Positions 1 to 48,050 of a DNA stretch of 64,000 nucleotides are shown here, piece by piece; the stretch's first letter is position 1, and the number at the start of each line of letters is the position of its first letter. The stretch spans positions 11,904,001-11,968,000 of the forward strand of contig NC_043025.1 in the NCBI RefSeq assembly GCF_006345805.1. The letters run 5' to 3'. The position numbers and the translations under genes are program-made. The stretch comes from Octopus sinensis. Taxonomy: Eukaryota. Under the pieces are notes generated by a model. It was not told the DNA's origin. It ran no database searches and saw only the letters and a list, made by a program, of their open reading frames with translations.

Positions 1-84
1 TATCGGTTAATTCGAATTATCCATAATAAGATAATTCATTCAACTACCCAAATATATATATATATATCAGTACCAAACACTGAC

Positions 85-38322
<38,238 letters not shown>

Positions 38323-38391
38323 CCTGGGGTCTGAAACATACCAATTACTAATTCTGTTATTCTCTTACCATTTATGTATGAAACTCTAGAA

Positions 38392-38592
38392 CAGTGGTTT
38401 TCAACCAGGGTTCCGCCAGTACAGTCCAGGGGTTCCGCAAGAAGTTACAAAACTGCTAAAATCGGCAGAAATTTTTAATTCTCCTGTGCAGATATGTGTG
38501 CATAAGACTATTAAATTATTGCACAGGGGTTCCTCGAGCCAGTGGAATGTTTCCTTGGGGTTCCGCTCCAGCAAAAAGGTTGAAAAGCACTG
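38392..38592. mobile_element. hAT (Charlie-like) MITE, 201 bp
   Basis: TIRs CAGTGGTTTTCAACC / GGTTGAAAAGCACTG and a perfect 8-bp TSD CTCTAGAA. Confidence 0.88.
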
Positions 38593-38657
38593 CTCTAGAA
38601 CTAGCAAATAAAATCAAAGAACAACAATATAGTCTGTTATACACAAAACATTTATAG

Positions 38658-39092
38658 GATCTTTTCGGTTTGAACAGCAGTTTTTTAAAATAATTTCCAC
38701 GTAACTGAACACTTTTAAACTTCGTATTCTGGTAGAATGTGTTTATAAAACATCTTTTTCTCTTGGCTTTATTGAGAAAATTCTATAGTTTGTAAGATGT
38801 TTGTTTCTTTTTTTTTTTCTTCAATTTCTGCAATTTCAACCAATCAATGACGTCTATTGAGGTAAAAAAAAACAACAAAAACATTCTGTGCCGTATGAAT
38901 ATGTCCCTCGTTTAAGAAACAGATTGGGTTTATTTACATTTGTGAAGAAGAAAAAAAGATACCCTTCCCCCGACCTCTAACCCTAACCCTAAAACAGATT
39001 GAAATGCAATAGATCGATACTAGGGTCATAATTATGAGTGACAATTTCATATGACACCGCTAGAAAAAACTGCCGTTCAAACCGAAAAGATC
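38658..39092. mobile_element. Second full copy of the telomere-repeat MITE
   Basis: Same TIRs, internal CTAACCCTAACCCTAA. Partial copies at about 51768-52005 and 57680-57990. Confidence 0.78.
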
Positions 39093-39963
39093 AAAAAAAA
39101 GTTACGAAGGATTATATGGGGTACTTAAACTAAATATAAGTACACTGTAACAAACCTATTTCTTTATTACCCTCAAGGGGCTAAACACAGAGGGGCAAAC
39201 AAGGACAGACAAAGGGATTAAATCGTTTACATCGACCCCCAGTGCGTAACTGGTACTTAATTCATTGACCCCGATAGGATGAAAGGCAAAGTCAACCTCG
39301 GCGGAATTTGAACTCAGAACGTAAAGACAGACGAAATACCTATTTCTATTTCTTTACTACCCACAAGGGGCTAAACACAGAGGGGACAAACAAGGACAGA
39401 CATAGGTATTAAGTCGATTATATCGACCCCAGTGCGTAACTGGTACTTAATTTATCAAATCACACAATACCGTCTTAAAAGAAACGGAGGACACCTTGAT
39501 TAATGGGTACTACTTGAGAACAGTGGTCCCGGTGCGCGCACTCGCGTAGTCGCGCATCCGTGCTAGCTAGTCGTGACTAGTCGATCCTAAGACTACCTCG
39601 TAAAGTAAATAAAACACAAAATAAATGCTTTTTTATCAAAATTTTTTACACAAAGTAAGGATCGACTAGTCATGACTAGTCATACTCAATTAAGGACCGC
39701 TTCAGGGAAGGGGGGAGGGGTTAAACAACAAACAACCGAAGGGTCCCTACCTTGAAGCAAAGTTTCTAAGAGAGAACTTCCTAATTACTTTTAAATTGCG
39801 CGCATTATTTTAAAAGACGAGAGGACACCTTAATGTAGTCCTTGGTATCTCTAGACAGAAAGGATACGGCTGAAAGGCTTTTGATTATAAAATTTGGGTC
39901 CAAACGGGGCCGACCGGGACCTAAACAACAATATAAACAAGAACAAGGAAGGGGTTGGCTTAC

Positions 39964-40075
39964 CTGAAGTTCTTTAAGCTCTGAAATAATTTGTCCCTGC
40001 TTTCAAAAACGACACTCGACATTTGATTGGCTGAAAACCGACCAATGAAACGTCTTGTTTACACCGGGGCAGACC
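39964..40075 (-). promoter_or_regulatory. Candidate MYO19 promoter and first non-coding exon
   Basis: CAG|GTAAGC donor at 39963, two CCAAT boxes (40026-30, 40042-46), locally CpG-rich non-repeat DNA 1.6 kb upstream of coding exon 1. Confidence 0.45.
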
Positions 40076-41323
40076 AGTTTTAGGTCTGTGAATAATAATG
40101 ATCTGAATAAATTAAATCTTAATTAACTTTGATTACAAAACGAACAATGGATCATGGGTTCGATCCTACCGAGTGACATCCTGAGCCAGTGTATGATCGA
40201 TCCGAGCCTTGTGAAGAAAATTGGAGAGACGGAAATAGCGCAAAAGCTGTACCAGTAACCCAAAGGTCACCTTGTCATACACCTAGGCGGCGAGTTGGGA
40301 GAAACGTTAGCACGCCAGGCGAAATGCTTAGCGGTATTTCGTCTGCCGTTACGTTGTGAGTTCAAATTCCGCCGAGGTCGACTTTACCTTTCATCCTTTC
40401 GGAGTCGATAAATTAAGTACCATTTACGCACTGGGGTCGATGTAATCGACTTAATACCTTTGTCTGTCCTTGTTTGTCCTCTCTATGTTTAGCCCCTTGT
40501 GGCTAATGAAGAAATAGGTATAAGTCCCGGAGTCGATTTGTTTGACTGAAGGAGGTGCTCCAGCATGGCCACAGTCAAATGACTGAAACATGTAAAAGAA
40601 TAAAGAGAGTATAGCCTTTGGCCAACCAAAGCCTTTTGAGTGGATTTGGTAGACGGAAACTGAAAGAAGCCTGTCGTATATATATATATATATGTGTGTG
40701 TATGTGTGTGTGTTTGTGTTTCTCCAACATCGCTTGACAACCAATGTTGGTGTGTTTACGTTCCCGTAACTTAGCAGTTCAGCAAAAGAGAGGCTTACAA
40801 AGAATAAGTATATATATATTTCGTTCGGCGTCAACAGCCCTTCTTATCTTGTTTTTCCCTGTCCTGTCTTTTACTGTTATATTTTTTTACTGTTTATATT
40901 TTTTTACTGTTTATTTTTTTACTGTTTATATTTTTGTACTGTCGCTACTGTCCTGTTTTTTTAACCATTTTTTTACCATTTTTTACCCCTCTGCGAAAAG
41001 ATCTCAGAATTTTAATTGATTGCTTTTCGCAGGAAGGAAAGTTTCTTGTCGAAGATACGTCTCGCTTTTATCCTTCGAAACGTAGAGTAGATGAAACCAT
41101 AGCGACTGAAGAAGGGGTTTTTTCGTTGTGTTAATTGTCCTGTACTCCATTTTTTGTTGCTTTTAAAAAAATGTCCAGTTCCTTTGGTTTGTGTCTATGT
41201 TTTCGTTTCTCTTTGTGTTCGACGTCCCTTTGGTGTCCTGTACTCATATATGCGTGTATATATACATGTAGAGGTAGGTACGTACATATGTGTTATATAT
41301 ATGCATATGTTTTATTTCATTTA

Positions 41324-41388
<65 letters not shown>

Positions 41389-41475
41389 TTAGAGACAAAT
41401 CAAACAAAGAAAGACTTAATCCAATACATAAAAAATTTTATATAAATTAAATATAATTAAGATTAATTAAGATAT

Positions 41476-41521
41476 CCACTACGATTGTTTCTTGTCACTT
41501 CAATGGACATTCATCAGGTGG
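41476..41521 (-). ncRNA. Minimal type I hammerhead motif (family C, left arm)
   Basis: Inverted copy with one substitution in stem III (ACAATCGT). Confidence 0.55.
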
Positions 41522-41565
41522 TTTCAAGACCTTCTAAGTTCAAAATTGCATAGAAGGTCTTGAAA

Positions 41566-41611
41566 CCACCTGATGAATGTCCATTGAAGTGACAAGAAAC
41601 GATCGTAGTGG
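41566..41611 (+). ncRNA. Minimal type I hammerhead motif (family C, right arm)
   Basis: CCAC-CTGATGA-A-TGTC(CATTGAAGT)GACA-A-GAA-ACGATCGT-A-GTGG. Confidence 0.65.
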
Positions 41612-41797
41612 ATATCTTAATTATATTTAATTTATATAAAATTTTTTATGTATTGGTTTAAGTCTTTCTTTGTTTGATTTGCATAATAGTGGTTTTCTCT
41701 CTAATTAATATTATATTATATTTTACTATAAAATTGGATTCAATCCTAAATCTGATTTTTCCCTGTAAATTTAGATCTATTCCCTAATATTTATTAT

Positions 41798-41831
<34 letters not shown>

Positions 41832-42579
41832 TATATATATCATCATCGTTTAACGTCCGCTTTCCATGCTAGCATGGGTTGGACGGTTCAACTGGGGTCT
41901 GGGAAGCCCGAAGGCTGCACCAGGCTCCAGTCAGATCTGGCAGTGTTTCTACAGCTGGATGCCCTTCCTAACGCCAACCACTCCGTGAGTGTAGTGGGTG
42001 CTTTTTATGTGCCACATATATATATACGAAAGGCTTCTTTCAGTTTCTATCCACCAAATCCACTCACAAGGCTTTGGTTGGCCCAAGGCTATACCCTCTT
42101 TGCTCTCTTACTTGTTTCAGTCATTTGACTGTGGCCATGCTGGAGCACTGCCTTTAGTCGATTTGCTCGACCAAGGCGGTGCTCCAGCATGGCTTCAGTC
42201 AAATGACTGAAACAAGTAAAGGAATAAAATAATAACAGAAACTCATAATTAATTTTCAAATTAATAATTTATTACATTTTTCATGTTTAGAATATATAAA
42301 TAAATTTTCTCCCAAAAACTAAATTTGTTTCATAAAATTCTTTTAACAAGAATTAAGACGACAGATTTCCTTTGGGGGTGGTTTCTGCGATTGATAGAAA
42401 ATCCTTTAAGGGGGTACCATGTAAGTATGGCTCTTATGTAAAGCTCGCTTCTCAATCATGGGTTACCAGTTTCCGTTCCACTGGGTGGCACAATGGGCAA
42501 GTGTCTTTTACTGTGGCTCCAAGCTGGTTAAGGTCTTTGTGAGTGAATTTGGTACACGGAACCAGTGTGGAAGCTTGTC

Positions 42580-43846
42580 ATATGTGTGTGTGTGTGTGTG
42601 TGTGTGGTTATATGTGTATGTGTGCATGGTTGTGTATATGTGTCAGTGTGCTTGTCTGTGTGTATATGTGTGTACATATACGTGTAGATGTATGTGTGTG
42701 TATACATATATATTTGTGTGTGTGTGTGTGTATACATATATATTTGTGTGTATATGTGTCAGAGTGTTTGTGTGTATGTGCATGTGCCGATGTGTGTGTG
42801 TGTGTATATATTTGTGCGTGTATATTTGTCAGTGTGTATGTGTGTACATATATGTGTAGATGTATGTGTGTGAGTATATATTTGTGTGTGCATATGTATG
42901 TGTATGCATGTGTATGTGTGTATATATTTGTATGTGTATATATGTATATGTGCACGTGTGTGTGTATATGTATTTATGTGTGTATGTGTGTCAGTGTGTT
43001 TGTGTGTATGTGCATGTACATATATGTGTAGATGTATGTCTGTGTGTGTGTATATATATATATATTTGTGTGTGCATATGTATATGTGTATGTGTGTATA
43101 TATATGTATGTGTATGTATGCATATGTGTGTGTGTGTGTGTATATTTGTCTATGTGCATGTATGTATGTATATGTGTGTATATATATATGTTTGTATGTG
43201 TCTGTATGTGCGTGTATATGTGCATGTATATATTTGTGTTTGCATATGTATATGCATGTGTGTATGCCGGCTTTTTACCAGTAAAGGTTTTAGTTGCCAA
43301 TTCTGTACAAGACATTGTAGATCTTTAGCTGGGCTAAAAAGTCACATTCGATCACAGCACCAGTAACAGTTAAGCTTCGTGCAATAGCCATACTCGATAA
43401 CGAGGGGGCAGCCATCATCATGTATGTATGTATATGGGAAGGGTCTTCCTAGGATGCTGACATGCAGTGTCTGTGCAAGACCCTGCCTCAGTAAAGCTGG
43501 ACTCAAGAGTCATCTTCGTAGTCATAAAGCGAGACAGATGAGTGACAACCTGGCCACTGGTGGTGGTGTAACACACCATACTAATCATATCTGTCGGGCA
43601 TGTGGAAGAGAGTGTAATTCGGCAGGTGGACTTAAACGACATGCAAAGGTACATGAAGCCCAGTTACAACTACAGCCGGCTGTTGGCCGGTAAAGGTTTT
43701 AGTTGCCAATTATGTACAAGACATTGTAGATCTTTGGCTGGGCTAAAAAGTCACATTCGATCACAGCACCAAAAACAGTTAAGCTTCGTGCAATGGCCAT
43801 ACTCGATAACGAGGGGGCAGCCATCAAATGTGTGTGTGTTTATGTA

Positions 43847-43913
<67 letters not shown>

Positions 43914-43931
43914 TGTGTATGTATGTCTGCT

Positions 43932-43969
<38 letters not shown>

Positions 43970-44270
43970 TCTGTGTGTGTGTTTATATATATGCATGTCT
44001 GCTTGTGTGTGTGTGTGCATATGTGTGTGTGTATGTGAGAGAGAGAGAGAGTCTGTGTGTATATGTATGTGTGTGTATATATATATGCATGTGTATGTAG
44101 TCTGCTTGTGTGTATGTCTGCTTGTGTGTGTGTGTGCATATGTGTGTGTGTATGTGAGAGAGAGAGAGAGAGTCTGTGTGTATATGTATGTGTGTGTATA
44201 TATATATATGCATGTGTATGTATGTCTGCTTGTGTGTGTATGTGTGTGTGCACATGTACGTGTATGCATG
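42580..44270. repeat. Degenerate (TG)/(TA) microsatellite field with an embedded LINE end
   Basis: Directly visible. Confidence 0.9.
43266..43826 (+). mobile_element. RTE-type LINE 3' end with CxxC..HxxxH motifs; terminal about 140 bp duplicated
   Basis: CSVCARPCLSKAGLKSHLRSH, CRACGRECNSAGGLKRHAKVH, CQLCTRHCRSLAGLKSHIRSQH, then a short CAT tail, embedded in microsatellite. Confidence 0.6.
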
Positions 44271-44429
44271 TATGATTGTTGATATTCCACAGGTTCCCTT
44301 GTATCTGTCTGAACAAAACAGTTATTTCACGTTTGTATTCCTTGTTGACACAACCACTGCCTCCTCTGCGCTTTCAAAGACCTTTGGAATATAAAGAAAC
44401 ATCCATTATTTCATAAAAAAAAAACAGGT

Positions 44430-45490
44430 AAAGATTAGAGACAGGTAAACCACCAGGCCATGAAATCATACCATATCATTCATTTCATTGTTGGACCGTG
44501 GTCGAGACAATGGAATTTACTATGTTACGCCAGACTTCACGGTCCATCATAGCATTATGGAGGTCCTGTTGCTGGATGCCTGTATCCCTGGAGATTACAT
44601 CAGGGTAGGAGAGTGTGCGCCCTCTGGTATCAAAGAAGCTTGAGAGGCAGTTGGATGGAACTTACACTCGCCTCCTTATGAGAGCTCAAAATCTCTCGTG
44701 GAAGCATCATCCAACCCTCTAGGTAAAGATTAGAGACAGGTAAAGATTAGAGACAGGTAAACCACCAGGCCATGAAATCATACCTCATCATTCATTTCAA
44801 TGTTCGACCGTGGTCGAGACAATGGAATTTACTGTGTTACGCCAGACTTCACGGTCCATCATAGCATTATGGAGGTCCTGTTGCTGGATGCCTGTATCCC
44901 TGGAGATTACATCAGGGTTGGAGAGTGTGCACCCTCTGGTATCAAAGAAGCTTGAGAGGCGGTTGGATGGAACTTACACTCGCCTCCTTATGAGAGCTCA
45001 AAATCTCTCGTGGAAGCGCCATCCAACCAAAGTACAAATATATGGGAAATAACCACCTGTGTCATCTCAGAGCCATAGGTTGCAGGGTTGTTGAGAATTC
45101 AAACTTAAAATCTTCAAAGCCACTGTCGAACCAATTCTACTATATGGCCCAGAAACCTGGACGTTATCAAAGAAGCTTGAGAGGCGGTTGGATGGAACTT
45201 ACACTCGCCTCCTTATGAGAGCTCAAAATCTCTCGTGGAAGTGTCATCCAACCAAAGTACAAATATAAAAAACTGCCGGTCAAACCGAAAAGCTCAAAAT
45301 CACGGTCCATCATAGCATTATCGAGGTCTTGTTGCTGGTGCCTGTATCCCTGGAGATTACATCAGGGTAGGAGAGTGTGCACCCTCTGGTATCAAAGACG
45401 TTATCAAGAAGCTTGAGAGGCAGTTGGATGGAACTTACACTTGCCTCCTTATGAGAGCTCAAAATCTCTCGTGGAAGCATCATCGAACCC
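44430..45490. mobile_element. Rearranged RTE-like LINE fragments in both orientations
   Basis: Plus strand: LLYGPETWTLSKKLERRLDGTYTRLLMRAQNLSWK. Minus strand: YPDVISRDTGIQQQDLHNAMMDREVWR. Repeated 3-4 times. Confidence 0.75.
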
Positions 45491-45811
45491 TCTCAGTCTT
45501 TCGGAGAGGCACTGAGCAGCTACACGCACACATACACACACGGCAGTAACTCCCACCTACCGAATTCAAATACAAAGCTTCGGTCGACTCGGGGTTATAG
45601 TGGAAGACACCTACCCAAAGTGCCATGCAGTGGGACTGAACCCGGAACCATGTAGCTAGGAAGCAAGTTCCCTAACCACACAGCCATGCCCACGCCTACA
45701 AAAAAATGTATGTACATATACGCAGCGCTATGCGTGTGGCAAGTTTTCTACGGCCGGATGCCCTTACTGACGCCAAAAAACTGCCGGTCAAACCGAAAAG
45801 ATCCAAACAAT

Positions 45812-46123
45812 TTGATCCAATAATAGAAATATTAAAATTACTAAGTCTCTATAAAAGAGATTACGACAGCGTTTACTGGAAATTAATTGTTATCGCCATA
45901 TTAATATGGCATTCTTATAGATATAAGAATAATCGCTGCCGCTGGTCAGCTCCATGAGGCCACCGCCTTAAGATAGCTATTGATACACGATCTGTATCCA
46001 TTATAACCTTCGAACACGGGAGGTCAGCCGCTTCACACTGCCAGTCCGACAGCTACAGACGCGTTTCGGGGTATTGCCCCTTGTCAATGTAGCGCAGTCA
46101 GACCCAATAATTGATCCAATAAT
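45812..46123 (-). mobile_element. About 290-bp hairpin-rich insertion with a hammerhead, between 13-bp direct repeats
   Basis: TTGATCCAATAAT at 45812-24 and 46111-23. Internal palindromes ATTCTTATAGATATAAGAAT and GCCATATTAATATGGC. Confidence 0.6.
46052..46093 (-). ncRNA. Minimal type I hammerhead with U3-A8 core variant (family D)
   Basis: GCTACA-TTGACAA-GGGG(CAATA)CCCC-GAA-ACGCGT-C-TGTAGC. Perfect 6-bp stem I, 4-bp stem II, palindromic stem III, GUC triplet. Confidence 0.8.
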
Positions 46124-46304
46124 TCTAAATATAACTCACCTTACACGTTCAACTCCTTTCTTCCATCGTGTCCGTCGGTCTTCCGACTCTCCAAGTCCTT
46201 TTATCTGAGGATTGCCAGGTCCGGATTATCCTCAAACAACGACGACTCGCTTCCCCTCTGTATGGTTTCTCTCTCGGCTTCACGCTCGCTTCGTCCTCTT
46301 GTTG

Positions 46305-47117
46305 TTATCCTTTCGCTGTAGGAATTTCCCAGACAGTTTCCAGCTTCGATGCGAACCAAACGGCTCTGCGTTTCCTGCATCCACGCTTCTTGCATTTGAA
46401 TTTCTTTGGCAAGGGCTTTTTCCTCCAGTAGCAGCACATGCAAACCACATGGAAGCAATGCCAGATCCGATGTTTGGCACTGCGCAGACGGTCCCTCCAT
46501 GTGAATTTATATGATAACCCCATTGAATCCTCCGATTCGGAATCCGACGAGGACAATTCCGATGGTGAGAAGGTCAGTGATTGGGACAATGTATTTAAGG
46601 AGGGAAGGTGTATGTTTGAAGAATGAGCAGGAATATATGCTGGGGAATATGAACGGATCAGGGCGGGGTGTTTCTGCCGGCGTGTATGCGGGGGCGATGT
46701 TGGCTGCTTAGAAGAGAGCGGTGGGGGTGATGGGCGTGAGGGAGGTGACGGGCTTGGGGCACAGAGCCTGTGTGGAGGAGAGCGCCAGCGTGAGCGAGAG
46801 GGCGGCGGGCTCGGCGGAGAGGGAGGGCGCGGGGGAGAGGGATATCGTGTGGGAGAAGGCGGGGATGGGGGAGTGGATGGGCGTGGTGGTGGAGAGAATC
46901 GTCGTTTTGGAGGAGTGGGCGGACGCGGGGGAGGGACCGGACTCGGGGGAGAGGGTGGGCGTGGGGGAGAGCGTGGACGGTGGGGTGTGGGACGGCGTGC
47001 GACATTCGGTGGGCGTCGGTCTGAGGGAGAGGACTGATCCGCAGATGAGGACGGGGGAGATGACGACGGCGACGATGACGATGACGATGACGACGACGAC
47101 GACGGTGGAGTTGGCAT
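46305..47117 (-). CDS. Hypothetical 270-aa Pro/Ser-rich protein with a Cys-rich/basic C-terminus and an RVxF-like motif
   Basis: Long ORF in a GC-rich, non-repetitive island. It lies inside a segment bounded by a T12-CTCCGTTAG acceptor (47152-54) and an AAG|GTGAGT donor (46139), with a YY1-type site about 870 bp upstream. No homologue recognised. Confidence 0.5.
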   Translation of the reverse strand: MPTPPSSSSSSSSSSSPSSSPPSSSADQSSPSDRRPPNVARRPTPHRPRSPPRPPSPPSPVPPPRPPTPPKRRFSPPPRPSTPPSPPSPTRYPSPPRPPSPPSPPPSRSRWRSPPHRLCAPSPSPPSRPSPPPLSSKQPTSPPHTRRQKHPALIRSYSPAYIPAHSSNIHLPSLNTLSQSLTFSPSELSSSDSESEDSMGLSYKFTWRDRLRSAKHRIWHCFHVVCMCCYWRKKPLPKKFKCKKRGCRKRRAVWFASKLETVWEIPTAKG

Positions 47118-47899
47118 TATTTTTTCCGAATAATACGAACAAATACGAAATCTAACGGAGAAAAAAAAAAAAGATGACTTGAAAACCGGGGGAAAAATGT
47201 ATCGGTTAATTTAAATCGATAGGGGTCAACAGGTTATCGATCAGTTGTGCAAATACTGAGATCGAAGGGTGAGAGCTGAAAGTAAAACAAAAAAAAAAGG
47301 AAGGAAAAGAAAAACGCTTGTTAATATAAGTTCATTAAATTATTAAAATAAATGATTGAAATAATTCGAAGAAATGGTTTAATAAGACCGAAATATCAAC
47401 CTGAGATCGATATGCTGTCAATTCTGAAGGGAAATCGAATGCTTTTACCAATTCTATTCCTACGCCATAATCACCTTGTGTCGTAATTTTTATTTGTCTA
47501 ATATATTAACGGTTTTCAGAAAACATTTCTCAATAGATTTCCGAAAGCCGTTAATAATTTTTCGATGGATGAAAATAACGGCCATTTTGAATTTGACTTC
47601 CCACAAGCAGAGACTTTGAAAGTAAAAGTAAATTCAATTTTCTTGAAATACTTTCAATTACTGTGCAATTTCGTTGATTTTGAAAGATGCTTATAACAGA
47701 ACAAAATGCTTAAATTCAAATTATTTCAAATTCGTTTCTAATAACAAAGTTAACAGTTCAATTGAATGTGGATAAGTCTACACGTTGATGTGTGAATAGA
47801 TGTGTATATATATATATATATTATATAAATATGTGTGTGTCTGTAAGCTTGCTTGTGTATATGTGTGCATGTGTAATTGCAATCTGTTTGAAACATAGA

Positions 47900-48050
47900 T
47901 TGTCCACGACAGGAATAAGTCCCGCGACGAGAAATGGTTCTTTCAGTGGACGTCCTTCGATATTTTTCGGAGTGACACCACATCCGCCATCTTGTCGGTC
48001 GAAACTTCGAAATATTCTCAATATGTCTCACCGTAATATATTTCTCAAAA
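47900..48050 (-). promoter_or_regulatory. CpG-rich candidate promoter with a YY1-type motif (AAGATGGCGG on minus, 47984-47993)
   Basis: YY1-type consensus in a CpG-rich patch upstream of the 270-aa ORF exon. Confidence 0.45.

Larger units (their letters stand above)
41378..41800. mobile_element. Foldback insertion with about 160-bp inverted arms carrying hammerheads
   Basis: Arms meet at a 14-nt loop (41537-41550). The right arm continues into a segment also seen at about 30365-30440. (TA)n on both flanks. Confidence 0.75.

Noticed and set aside
41040-41125. CTGAAGA and GAAACGTA motifs
   Set aside because: They are in the wrong order and spacing, and the stems cannot be closed.
46296-46310. 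Programmed read-through at TAA-CAA-CAA
   Set aside because: Does not match the CAR-YYA leaky-stop consensus, and UAA is the least leaky stop.
46708-47155. Alternative ORFs 46721-47155 (+), 46708-47142 (-), 46658-47005 (-) and 46201-46500 (-)
   Set aside because: Shadow frames of GC-rich low-complexity sequence. The 270-aa frame has the best start position relative to the acceptor and recognisable motifs, though this choice is not proven.
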